DNA from: an uncultured delta proteobacterium
Lineage (GTDB): Bacteria; Desulfobacterota; Desulfomonilia; UBA1062
NCBI GenBank assembly: GCA_963798485.1
Contig: CAWCTR010000004.1
Location: 96,001-160,000 of the forward strand
DNA length: 64,000 bases
Direction of reading: 5' to 3'
Shown: piece by piece, positions 41,840 to 51,239 of the stretch
Position numbering within the stretch: position 1 is the first letter of the stretch
Layout: every line of letters begins with the position of its first letter
Position numbers and translations under genes: made by a program
Notes under the pieces: generated by a model
The model's input: only the letters and a program-made list of their open reading frames with translations
Told to the model about the DNA's origin: nothing
Database searches by the model: none

Positions 41840-43489
41840 TTATTGAATGGGCCTGATTCCGGAATCGCGGCCCAAACCGTCCAGGACAGCGCTGTCACGG
41901 TTATAGGGGTCTTTCTTGAAATAGACGATGCCGTCTTTGTCCACCTCCACCGTCACGTAGAGCAGCAGTATGGTAACGGGTCTGGGCAAGGTGAGTATCC
42001 GGGTTTTTCCTGATTCGGCCGCCTTCATGATGTTTTCCTGGCTCCACCTGGATGGATCGTCCAGCAGCAGCTCCGAGAGTTCGAAAGGCTTCTCCAGGCG
42101 TATGCATCCCGAGCTGAATGTCCTCTCCTCGCTGGCGAACAGCTCCTTATGCGGGGTGTCATGCATGTACACGGAATAGGGATTGGGGAATATGACCTTG
42201 ATGCGCCCCAGGGCGTTTCCGGCGCCAGGGTTCTGCCTGAGCGTGTAAGGAAAAGGACGCGCAGGGTACAACGACCAGTTGACGGATTTCGGATTCACCT
42301 CGGAGCCCTGATGGTTTAGAATCTTGAGGCCCTTCTTGTCGAGGTAGGAGGGGTCCTTCCGGACAGCCGGCAGGATGTCCTTTTTAAAGATAGTCGGCGG
42401 CACCACCCACGCGGGATTGAGCTCTATATGCGTGATCTTCGATCTGAACACCGGCGTGTCGCGATAGGGCTGCCCCACCTGTGCCCTGCACGACCATATG
42501 ACCTTGTTGTCTTTGTTGAAAGACACGCGGAACCCGGCAATGTCCACGAGGACGAATGGGTTCCCCGTGTCACGGAGCACCCACCTGGCGCGCTCGAGGT
42601 TCACGCGGATCTGGTCGATGCGGTCCTCCACCGGCACATTCAATGCTGCAAGCGTCTCTTTCCCCACCACGCCGTCTTCTTTCAGGCCGTGCCTGCGCTG
42701 AAAATGGATGACTGCCTGCCGGAGCGGCCCATCGAAGGTAAGGGGGTCTGTGGCCGGTTCCTGCAGGGCATCGGTTTTGCCCAGGCGCCTGCGCAGCGAT
42801 GAAACCCTCGGGTCGATCATGCCTTTTTTCAGGGCAGGGCCGGGGGGCACCGCTTCCCAGCCGCCGCTGCCCCTTATTGCGCGATACGCCCCGAGTGCTT
42901 CCTTCAGGCGGGAGTAGGACGGGTGGTTTATCTTCCATGCGTTGATTGTTTGTACAAGCGAGGGTGATGCGATGGTATGCTCGATGAAAGCGACCGGGTC
43001 CGTATCAGCGATCTTCCGGTCGAGGTTCCACTGAGGGTGATAGGTCAAGGGATCTTGCTTGCCGCAGTTGGAGTGGTTGGCGAGAAGGACAAGGGCATCG
43101 GTGAGGAGGAGGTCCAGCGATGCCGCGAGTGACGGGTCAAGGGACGTGCCTGTACGGGTCATGGACCACTGCCGCCGGATCTCTTGAAGGTGATAATCCT
43201 CAGGGTCGAGGCCGTCTTGGTAAGTATTCTCTATGGCACGAACGAGTTGCTCGATTGATTGTGCATTCACCCAGATCGGACGATATTCACGCCGTTTATA
43301 GAGCTCCGGAATGACGGTGAGAGACGAGATCCGGCAGGCTCCCACGCTGAAACCGCCGGTGATCTGTGTGCCGCCAAGCTTCTGTCGGATTATTGCGGCA
43401 ACGGCATCATCGGAGGTCTGGGCAAGGCATGTTCCGGTATAAATGAGCATGAAGCCCAGCAGAAAGGTAATGAGAATTCTCCGTGACAT
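41840..43489 (-). CDS. ldtD: L,D-transpeptidase (YcbB/LdtD family)
   Basis: Signal peptide, GLDPEDY, PG-binding FQRRHGL..DG.VG, NLERARW, NALGRIK, YMHDTP, SSGCIRL. Confidence 0.92.
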   Translation of the reverse strand: MSRRILITFLLGFMLIYTGTCLAQTSDDAVAAIIRQKLGGTQITGGFSVGACRISSLTVIPELYKRREYRPIWVNAQSIEQLVRAIENTYQDGLDPEDYHLQEIRRQWSMTRTGTSLDPSLAASLDLLLTDALVLLANHSNCGKQDPLTYHPQWNLDRKIADTDPVAFIEHTIASPSLVQTINAWKINHPSYSRLKEALGAYRAIRGSGGWEAVPPGPALKKGMIDPRVSSLRRRLGKTDALQEPATDPLTFDGPLRQAVIHFQRRHGLKEDGVVGKETLAALNVPVEDRIDQIRVNLERARWVLRDTGNPFVLVDIAGFRVSFNKDNKVIWSCRAQVGQPYRDTPVFRSKITHIELNPAWVVPPTIFKKDILPAVRKDPSYLDKKGLKILNHQGSEVNPKSVNWSLYPARPFPYTLRQNPGAGNALGRIKVIFPNPYSVYMHDTPHKELFASEERTFSSGCIRLEKPFELSELLLDDPSRWSQENIMKAAESGKTRILTLPRPVTILLLYVTVEVDKDGIVYFKKDPYNRDSAVLDGLGRDSGIRPIQ

Positions 43490-43527
43490 GGTCCCTCGAC
43501 ATCCCTGCTGAGCGCGTACTGCAGGGC

Positions 43528-44112
43528 TTACCAGTATCGTACGCGTCCCACATCCACGTGGACGAAGTCGGACTCCGGATAGTAACCCACCCCTCCACCC
43601 TTCAGGTCAATTGCTGAGCGCCGCAGTGATGACAGGCTGTATCCCGGCAGACGGATATCCGCCGCTTTCCCCTCCATGTGGAGGCTGTGACCGGCCACCC
43701 CGCGGCTGTTCTCGCGCAGGCGGGCGTTCGTGGCAGGGGAACGGTAGCCGGAGATTATGTGCAGCATCTCGTGAGACCCTGTGTTGTTGTGAAGATCATG
43801 GAGAAGATCGAGAAGGCCGGTGTCGATGGGCAGTATCTCTTCAGTGCGAAAGTCCCTGAGGATATGGTTGATCTCAGAGAGTGCATCAGAAACATATTCG
43901 CCTTTGATCCAGTACGCTGTCTTGAGTGTTTCTCCGGTGTGCAGGTTGTAGAGCGCCAATGTCCGTTCAGGCGATTGCGGTGCCTGTATGGCCCCCAGAA
44001 GGGTGCAAGGGAATAGGCTTGCCCCCAGCGCAAGCGCCCCTGCCTTCAGGAAATTGCGGCGGCATATTTTGTGTTCCAGAGCCTTGTGCACAACCGACGG
44101 ATGTTTATTCAT
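43528..44112 (-). CDS. mepK: YcbK/MepK family peptidoglycan endopeptidase (DUF882), Tat substrate
   Basis: RRNFLK Tat motif, NLHTGE, ISGYRSPATN, SLHMEGKAAD, GGVGYYP.SDFVHVD. Confidence 0.92.
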   Translation of the reverse strand: MNKHPSVVHKALEHKICRRNFLKAGALALGASLFPCTLLGAIQAPQSPERTLALYNLHTGETLKTAYWIKGEYVSDALSEINHILRDFRTEEILPIDTGLLDLLHDLHNNTGSHEMLHIISGYRSPATNARLRENSRGVAGHSLHMEGKAADIRLPGYSLSSLRRSAIDLKGGGVGYYPESDFVHVDVGRVRYW

Positions 44113-44360
44113 CGTTCCTCTTACCGGGGATAAATACCAAGCATGCCCATGCCTTGTCAACCCGATCGGCCCCGGTGGGCGCAGGCCCTAAGTTTTCTTA
44201 GATGTTCACCATCCCCATCGTCATCCAACGGCCGGGACTTAAGCCGGCGGATGAACCAAGCATAAGACCGGCATGTGGAGATGCGGGAACAGAGGAGGAG
44301 GTGTGCTTGGTTTCTCACCTCGATTATTCTGCAACACATTCCTTTCGAGCGTAGTATAAT

Positions 44361-44670
44361 GGTACCAAATTACCCTCCCTGTGAATGTGAGAAACAGGGC
44401 ATCAAAGTACCCTCCCGTTAAGGAGAGGTGACAGGGTACCAAAGTACCCTCCCCTTCAAGGGGAGGGACTTAGGTGGGGATGGGCCTAAATCCCGAAGTC
44501 TCTTTGGCTGAGGGACCCGATGAAGGGCACCTGAACCCCTTGGGCCGTTACGGGAGAGAAGCAGAGTGAAGGAAGCTCTAAACCCCCTCGCCCCTTTAGG
44601 GGGAGAGGGCCGGAGTGAGGAGGCATTCAACCCCCTCCCCCCTTGCGGGGGAGGGTTGGGGAGAGGGGGC
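44361..44670 (+). repeat. stack of PIT/BoxC-like units
   Basis: Three tandem units ending in a core at 44447-44484 identical to 41798-41835; further variants CCCCTCGCCCCTTTAGGGGGAGAGGG and CCCCTCCCCCCTTGCGGGGGAGGG. Confidence 0.8.
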
Positions 44671-44703
44671 AGAAATTACATCCCCACTCCAAGACGGAAA
44701 TCG

Positions 44704-44753
44704 GATTCACATTATTCCCCAGTAAGGATGGAAAATAGAAATGTTATCTTTTC
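44704..44753 (+). repeat. 50-bp dispersed element, copy 2
   Basis: GATTCACATTATTCCCCAGTAAGGATGGAAAATAGAAATGTTATCTTTTC. Confidence 0.8.
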
Positions 44754-44801
44754 AATTTTTGTTCTCAAAAATAAATCTACCCCCTTTTTCCGGAGGCATT
44801 C

Positions 44802-45812
44802 ATGAACAATGACGCACAGGCATTTTATGAACAGGTCAACCATGCCCGGTATCAGGGACTTGCCCAGGGCCACTATGAGAGCTTCTTCCAGCGCGCCAAC
44901 CACCCACAGCGCCCCCTGGCATTCTGGACAAGGTACACGGTCTTCAGCCCCAAGGACCATCCTGAGAACGCCATCGGCGAGCTCTGGGCCGTGTTCTTCA
45001 ATGGCGAGGCCAACTCCCACGTGGCGGTCAAGAAAGAGATGCCGTTTAAAGAGTGCGTCTTCAATACATCTGCCTTCGATTGCCGGATAGGGGATGCACA
45101 TCTCAGTCCTCAGGGCCTCATCGGCGCTGCAGAGAAAGGCACGGACAGCATCTCGTGGGACCTGACCTTTCACGGCGCATCGGCACCGCTCCTGCTGTTT
45201 CCCCTAAGGCTCTATTCCACGAAGCTGCCTGCGGCAAAGAGCCTGGTGTCGCTTCCCCTGGCGCGCTTCAGCGGCATTATGCAGGTGAACGGGGAGACCA
45301 TCGAGGTAACGGACTGGCTCGGGAGCACCAACCACAACTGGGGATTCAAACATACCGACCTCTACGCCTGGGGCCAGGTGGCCGGATTCGACACCGAGCC
45401 TGACAGCTTCCTGGAACTCGCCACGGCAAAACTCAAGATCGGCCCCTTCTGGACACCGGCGCTCACGCCCATCGTATTCCGGCACCGGGGACAAGAGTAT
45501 GCACTAAACGGCCTGCTCCAGACAGTGAAGGCCAATGGCTCGTTCACCTACTTCACCTGGAACTTTTGCTCGGAGACGCCCCGGGTGGAGATCGAGGGCA
45601 CCATCACGGCCCCGCGCAAGTCCTTTGTAGGGCTCACCTATTACAACCCACCGGGCGGCACCAAGACCTGCCTGAACAGCAAGATCGCCTCGTGCACGCT
45701 CCGCTTCAAAGATAAGGTGCATGGGATAACCGATACCCTGCAGGCGCATAACCGCGCCGCATTCGAGATCCTCACCGATGATACGGGCCACGGGGTGCCC
45801 ATAGCGGTATGA
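44802..45812 (+). CDS. hypothetical protein, tocopherol-cyclase/CrtC-like beta-barrel candidate
   Basis: GHYESFF, SISWDL, NHNWG..H, YAWGQ motifs; GGAGG RBS. Family call tentative. Confidence 0.6.
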   Translation: MNNDAQAFYEQVNHARYQGLAQGHYESFFQRANHPQRPLAFWTRYTVFSPKDHPENAIGELWAVFFNGEANSHVAVKKEMPFKECVFNTSAFDCRIGDAHLSPQGLIGAAEKGTDSISWDLTFHGASAPLLLFPLRLYSTKLPAAKSLVSLPLARFSGIMQVNGETIEVTDWLGSTNHNWGFKHTDLYAWGQVAGFDTEPDSFLELATAKLKIGPFWTPALTPIVFRHRGQEYALNGLLQTVKANGSFTYFTWNFCSETPRVEIEGTITAPRKSFVGLTYYNPPGGTKTCLNSKIASCTLRFKDKVHGITDTLQAHNRAAFEILTDDTGHGVPIAV

Positions 45813-46498
45813 AGTTTCGAAAAGGCCCGGTCTGATCCGTAGGGTGGGTGGAGCGAAGCGAAACCCACCAAGACTCTGTAGGAGCGGCTTCAGCCGCGAA
45901 TTCATCTTGAAATTGGGGACGGTCACATTCAAGGAGAGAGACAGGGTACCAAAGTCGCCTCCCTTTCAAGGGGAGGGACTTAGGTGGGGATGGGTTTAAA
46001 TCTCCCTTTCTCTTATGGCAGAGGGATTCGGATATTGGGTACTGGTTCAGATTATTCCCCTGATACGATGAAAAATAGAAACGTCCCCTTTTCATTTTTC
46101 TCAGTTTCAAAGATAAGGTGCATGGAATAACCGAGACCCTGCAGGCACATAACCGCGCCGCATTCGAGATCCTGACCGATGATACGGGCCACGGGGTACT
46201 GATGGCGGTATGATGTTTCGAAAAGGCCCGGTCTGATCCGTAGGGTGGGTGGAGCGAAGCGAAACCCACCAAGACTCTGTAGGAGCGGCTTCAGCCGCGA
46301 ATTCATCTTGAAATTGGGGACGGTCACATTCAAGGAGAGAGACAGGGTACCAAGGTCGCCTCCCTTTCAAGGGGAGGGACTTAGGTGGGGATGGGTTTAA
46401 ATCTCCCTTTCTCTTATGGCAGAGGGATTCGGATATTGGGTACTGGTTCAGATTATTCTCCTGTTAGGATGAAAAATAGAAACGTCCCCTTTTCATTT
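45705..46498 (+). repeat. tandem duplication, period 401 bp (45705-46097 and 46106-46498)
   Basis: Each unit = last 35 codons + stop of the 336-aa gene, two GTAG-type REPs, a PIT-like core and the 50-bp element (copies 3 and 4 at 46044-46093 and 46445-46494). Confidence 0.95.
45839..45899 (+). repeat. GTAG-family REP sequences
   Basis: GTAGGGTGGGTGGAGCGAAGCGAAACCCACC and GTAGGAGCGGCTTCAGCCGCGA; the latter recurs at 46279-46300 and 46609-46630. Confidence 0.8.
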
Positions 46499-46510
46499 CC
46501 CTTTTCATTT

Positions 46511-46568
46511 CAAAACTTCTGGACCCCCGTTTCGCTGGGGTGACACCATTTTTTGAGTTTTGCCATTG
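46511..46568. repeat. partial copy of the 21050-21165 MITE-like element
   Basis: CAAAACT...TGGACCCCCGTTTCGCTGGGGTGAC...GAGTTTTGCCATTG. Confidence 0.6.
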
Positions 46569-46856
46569 CCTCGAATGGCTGTAGTTCAGGTGGATCTTCA
46601 GCATAACTGTAGGAGCGGCTTCAGCCGCGAATTCATCTTGATGCCTCGTTCCAGCACTATGCCCATAAACGTAGGAGAACCGAGTACCCCTTTTTGCCGT
46701 TTTTATGGTACAATTAGATTAAGTAAAAAATGACAATGGATTGCGATGAAAGGGGAATGGGCATATTGTCAGTTCCAGAAAACATTCGGGCACTGTTTCT
46801 CCACTTTTTTCATTTAAAAAATGTATTCAACTGTAGTGAGCGATAAGGAATGTAAT

Positions 46857-47576
46857 GTGACTTCTGAACGTATTAGAAACTGGCCCGCAAAAGAACGTCC
46901 GCGCGAACGACTTCTTGCTGAAGGTCCTGATAGGATGACAGATGCCGACCTGCTCGCAATCATCCTTCGGGTTGGATTAGGGACGTTCAAAGTGGGTGTT
47001 CCAGGGAAGAACGCCTACGATTCTGCCCTCTCAATTCTGAGGGAATTCCGAGGGCTCCGCGGGCTTGACCGTGCCCGCATTCATGACCTGCTCAAAGTTC
47101 CCGGCCTTGGGCCTGCGAAAGTCTCGCAAATCAAGGCTGCATTCGAGCTCGGGAAACGTGTGTGTGCCGGAAAACTCACCGCCCCTGCTTTCGAATCCTC
47201 AAAGACTGTTGCCGACCACTTCCGCCCGCGCTTTACTGGAAAACGGCAGGAGATAGTCATTGCTTTGTTTTTGAACGGACAGAACCAGCTCCTTGGTGAG
47301 AAAGACATCACCGAAGGGACTCCGACGCAAGCTACCGTGTATATTCGCCGCATTCTGGAAGAAGCACTCCATGAATCAGCAGCGGCAATCGTCCTTGTCC
47401 ACAATCACCCCTCGGGCAATCCAGAACCCTCAGCCAGTGACGATGAGACGACGCATAGCCTCTTGCGCGCTTGTAAACTGGTGGGTCTGGTCCTGCTTGA
47501 CCACGTGATTGTTGGCGAGTCCGACCATTATAGCTATGCCGAAACCGGTCGGCTCAATGAACTTGAACCAGAATAG
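46857..47576 (+). CDS. radC: RadC family (UPF0758) JAB-domain protein
   Basis: ERPRERL, HhH GLGPAK, HNHPSGNPEPS..D, LLDHVIV; GTG 46857 with AAGGA RBS. Confidence 0.92.
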   Translation: MTSERIRNWPAKERPRERLLAEGPDRMTDADLLAIILRVGLGTFKVGVPGKNAYDSALSILREFRGLRGLDRARIHDLLKVPGLGPAKVSQIKAAFELGKRVCAGKLTAPAFESSKTVADHFRPRFTGKRQEIVIALFLNGQNQLLGEKDITEGTPTQATVYIRRILEEALHESAAAIVLVHNHPSGNPEPSASDDETTHSLLRACKLVGLVLLDHVIVGESDHYSYAETGRLNELEPE

Positions 47577-47587
47577 AAGGGTGCCAT

Positions 47588-49852
47588 ATGTCCAAGAAGA
47601 AAATAGAACCCCAACCTTATGCTAAGCCGGATCAGATCCAGATTCGCGGGAACCAGATTTACAGCCATGTCCGCAAGACATGGGTGCCGTTGACACCCGA
47701 GGAACGCGTCCGGCAGGATTATCTCTTTGTCCTGATTAACGAATACGGATATTCACTGGATCAGATTGATGAAGAGATATCGGTTACCAGCCGTGGCTCC
47801 GCACAGGCCCGCGCAGATTTCCTTATTTGGCGCACACCAGAAGCCAAGAAGCAACAGGAACACGCCCTGATTGTCATTGAATGCAAGGCCGACAACGTAA
47901 CCATCTCCTTGAAAGACTACGTGCAGGGAGCCAATTACGCACAATACGAACATGCACGGTTCTTTGTCACCCATAACCACCGCGAGACCAAGTATTGGAA
48001 AGTGGATGACAAACGGCGGATGCCTAACTACGATGAGATCGCGAACATTCCACATGCAGACGCAACAGACAAGGAAATCGACGAATTACTGGCACGTCTG
48101 AAAGTTTTCAAGGAGGACGAATTTGCTAAGCTGCTCCACGAATGCCACAACGTCATCCGCAATCGCGAAAAGCTCGACCCCGCAGCAGCCTTTGACGAAA
48201 TAGCCAAGATTCTCTTTGTGAAAGTCTATGTTGAACGGGAGCTACGGGCCAAACGCGCGCGGAGGAACCTCTTTAGCGTCGAGTATCTTGACGATCAACT
48301 TGGCAAGTACCCGCTCAACACGCTCTTTGGGCAAACCAAAGAGGCCTATGCGGATGACAAGATCTTTGAGGACGATGAGGAAATACGGCTCAAACCCGCC
48401 ACGGGTAGGGAAATCGTCAAGTTGTTGCAACGCTACAATCTTTCCGAGACCAGCGAGGATATCAAAGGTATTGCCTTTGAGCGATTTCTCGGTCGCACAT
48501 TCCGGGGCGAGATTGGGCAATTCTTTACACCGCGCACCATCGTCGAGTTCATGATTCACATGGTGGAGCCCCATGAGGAGGACGTGATTTGCGACCCCGC
48601 TAGCGGCTCCGGAGGGTTCTTGATTCGCTTCTTTGAGATCGTGCGGCAACAGATTTTGGCAGACGCCGACCGCCAGTACCAGGAATTCAAGACCAAGGTT
48701 CAGGCCGACAATAAGCTCTCACCGGACAAAAAGGCAACCATGCTCCGTGAGAAGTTCGACGCCATCCAGGCAACCCTTGACTCTAACAAACCCGGCTCTC
48801 GCCTGTGGAAGCTGGCCAACCGCTGCATCTTCGGCACCGATGCAAACGACCGCATGGCTCGCACCAGCAAGATGAACATGATTATGCACGGTGACGGCCA
48901 CGGCGGGGTGCATCACCATGACGGATTCCTGAATGTCAACGGTATATTCGAAAGCCGCTTCGACATCGTCCTCACCAATCCGCCCTTCGGAGCCAACGTC
49001 GAGCCTTCCGACGTGGTGCATGAATCTGATGCGACGGTGAGCCGCGAGGCTGAAAAACGCTATGCTGAAGAGTACGGCAAACTCTATGCTGAAGCCTTGG
49101 CTCGTGTACACGCCGCTGTGGGGAACCCCATCGCCAGTCTCTTTGAACTACCCAAAGGCAATGGCACCGAAAAGGAACGCAACAAACGGGTCAAGTCGGC
49201 CAAGATCAAAACTGAAATTCTATTCATTGAACGCTGTCTTTCCCTGTTGAAGCCGGGCGGGCGGCTTGGCATCGTTCTGCCCGAAGGGATCTTCAACAAT
49301 CCCTCACTTGTCTACGTGCGCGAATTCTGTGAAAACCGCGCCTTCATCCGCGCAGTTGTCAGCTTGCCCCAAGAGGCATTCTTTTCCTCTGGCGCAAGCG
49401 TAAAGGCATCATTGCTGTTCCTTCAAAAGTTCACTGAGGAAGAGCAGTCCGATTTCGATACCAAGCAGGCCGAAGCAAACGTCGAGGTGAAGGCGAAGCA
49501 TGCCAAAACCATCGCCACGGAGACCGCACGGCTTGAGGCAGCGATAGCGGTAGCCAAGGAAGCGCGGGATACCGAGAAACGAAAGACACTTCAAAAGGAA
49601 TTGGCCGACTTTGAGAAGCGAATGGCCGAGACCATCGCAAAAGAAACCCGCGCCTTGCTCAAAGAGCGTTTCCCGTATCCCATCTTTCTTTATGAAGCGG
49701 AGAAGGTGGGCATCACTGCCACAGGTGAACAGGACCAAAATGAGCTGGTTCCAAACGATAACCTGCCACAGGGAACTACAAAGACGTGCCTTGAGCTTTA
49801 TCAGGACTTCCGACATGACCCCCAAACCATTCTTTCTCACAGAGGCAACTGA
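47588..49852 (+). CDS. fused restriction endonuclease (HsdR-N-like PD-(D/E)xK) and N6-adenine methyltransferase
   Basis: TPEERVRQ, RADFLIW...IECK nuclease motif; GQFFTPR, DPASGSGGFL, NPPF, GIVLPEG. Confidence 0.92.
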   Translation: MSKKKIEPQPYAKPDQIQIRGNQIYSHVRKTWVPLTPEERVRQDYLFVLINEYGYSLDQIDEEISVTSRGSAQARADFLIWRTPEAKKQQEHALIVIECKADNVTISLKDYVQGANYAQYEHARFFVTHNHRETKYWKVDDKRRMPNYDEIANIPHADATDKEIDELLARLKVFKEDEFAKLLHECHNVIRNREKLDPAAAFDEIAKILFVKVYVERELRAKRARRNLFSVEYLDDQLGKYPLNTLFGQTKEAYADDKIFEDDEEIRLKPATGREIVKLLQRYNLSETSEDIKGIAFERFLGRTFRGEIGQFFTPRTIVEFMIHMVEPHEEDVICDPASGSGGFLIRFFEIVRQQILADADRQYQEFKTKVQADNKLSPDKKATMLREKFDAIQATLDSNKPGSRLWKLANRCIFGTDANDRMARTSKMNMIMHGDGHGGVHHHDGFLNVNGIFESRFDIVLTNPPFGANVEPSDVVHESDATVSREAEKRYAEEYGKLYAEALARVHAAVGNPIASLFELPKGNGTEKERNKRVKSAKIKTEILFIERCLSLLKPGGRLGIVLPEGIFNNPSLVYVREFCENRAFIRAVVSLPQEAFFSSGASVKASLLFLQKFTEEEQSDFDTKQAEANVEVKAKHAKTIATETARLEAAIAVAKEARDTEKRKTLQKELADFEKRMAETIAKETRALLKERFPYPIFLYEAEKVGITATGEQDQNELVPNDNLPQGTTKTCLELYQDFRHDPQTILSHRGN

Positions 49853-51238
49853 GTGAAAGCTACAAACCCAATTACACTCCGTGCCTTTGCTGTCTGGTGG
49901 AAGGATTTTGAACGCTGGGACGTAAAGTTTTTTTCGGCACACGTACGCAGCACTTATCCTGTCGTGCGGCTTGCTCCTTTAATTCATGAACACAGCGAAC
50001 GAGTAAAGCCTTTTGATTGCCCAGAAACAACATTTCGCATTTTGGGGGTCACGAACACGGGTGGAATTTTTCACGCCTATGATTCGCTTGGGAAGAAGAT
50101 CAAACAACCATACCAGAAGGTTGATGCCGGCGACTTTGCTTACAATCCTTACCGTGTTAATGTTGGTTCAATCGGCGTTGTTCCGACAGAGCTGGGAGGT
50201 AACTATATCAGCCCCGCCTACGTTGTTTTTGCCACTGACAAGGCAAGGCTACTGCCTGAATATCTTATCTTGATCCTGAAGGCCGATTGGTTCAATCCAA
50301 TGGTCAGGGCTGCGACAGCAGGCTCAGTCCGACAGAACCTAACTTTCGATCTTTTAGGCTCATTAGAGATTCCGCTCCCATCGCTGGCTGAGCAAAAGGC
50401 CATCGTCGCGCGTTGGCGCAAGGCGCAAGACGAAATAGTCGCTGTCCGAGGACGTGTAGTGAGACTGGAAGTGATGTTGCCTCTAATTGTTTATCAGGAG
50501 CTTGGGACACCGCCACCACTTGCAGAAAAGGCGACAGAAAAATACCTCATTATGTGGTGGAAAGATATGGAACGATGGAGCTTCACCTACTTGAGCCGAG
50601 CCAGTCAAGGTTTGTTGGGCTTCGCAAAATCGAAGTTCCCGATTGAACCGTTGGGAAACCATCTGATTGAAACCATGAACGGATATTGCATCAAACCCGT
50701 GGCAGGAACGACCCCGCACAAAATGCTAAAGTTGAACGCGCTCAATCCCGCTGGCCTGGATTTGACTGCAAGCAAATTCATCAAAGTCTCTGATCGTATC
50801 GCAGAACGATTCTCACTTCGTAAGGACGATATTTTGATTTGTCGGAGCAACGCCTACGAGTATGTCGCGAAGTGCGCGTTGGTTCGAGAAGATCAACCAG
50901 CATACTTATTCCCGGATATTATCATTCGGGCACGTGTGAAAACCACCGTCCTTCCTGAGTTTGTAGCCGAAGTCATTCAAACACCGCTGGGACGTTCATA
51001 TTTCCAAATCAACTCCCGCCGTGCGGTTGGTGGAATGTGGAAAATAAGCGCTGACGACATTCTCAATTTTCCTCTGCCAGTACCGCCACTAGCCGTACAA
51101 AAGCTGATAGTGGAACGTATAACGGCAGGCCGCGAAGAAATTACCCGCGAACGTGAAGCTGCCGACCGCCTTGCAAAAGAAATCAATGCAGAAATCGAAT
51201 CATTAATTCTCGGTACTAAAAGCTTACAGGAGTCATAG
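49853..51238 (+). CDS. hsdS: restriction-modification specificity subunit (HsdS-like, two TRDs)
   Basis: IPLPSLAEQKAIV and LPVPPLAVQKLIV conserved repeats; GTG directly after the REase-MTase stop. Confidence 0.88.
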   Translation: MKATNPITLRAFAVWWKDFERWDVKFFSAHVRSTYPVVRLAPLIHEHSERVKPFDCPETTFRILGVTNTGGIFHAYDSLGKKIKQPYQKVDAGDFAYNPYRVNVGSIGVVPTELGGNYISPAYVVFATDKARLLPEYLILILKADWFNPMVRAATAGSVRQNLTFDLLGSLEIPLPSLAEQKAIVARWRKAQDEIVAVRGRVVRLEVMLPLIVYQELGTPPPLAEKATEKYLIMWWKDMERWSFTYLSRASQGLLGFAKSKFPIEPLGNHLIETMNGYCIKPVAGTTPHKMLKLNALNPAGLDLTASKFIKVSDRIAERFSLRKDDILICRSNAYEYVAKCALVREDQPAYLFPDIIIRARVKTTVLPEFVAEVIQTPLGRSYFQINSRRAVGGMWKISADDILNFPLPVPPLAVQKLIVERITAGREEITREREAADRLAKEINAEIESLILGTKSLQES

Positions 51239-51239
51239 T

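Noticed and set aside
45705-46213. Diversity-generating retroelement VR/TR pair (gene tail plus near-identical downstream copy)
   Set aside because: Half of the mismatches involve no adenine in either copy (T/G, C/G, C/T), they follow codon position instead, and no reverse transcriptase is in the window.
45504-46370. ORFs of 76-166 aa across the duplicated repeat region
   Set aside because: They are translations of REP/PIT repeats and the antisense gene tail, repeated with the 401-bp period.
47588-51238. Classical type I RM system
   Set aside because: No HsdR with DEAD-box motor; the nuclease domain is fused to the methyltransferase.
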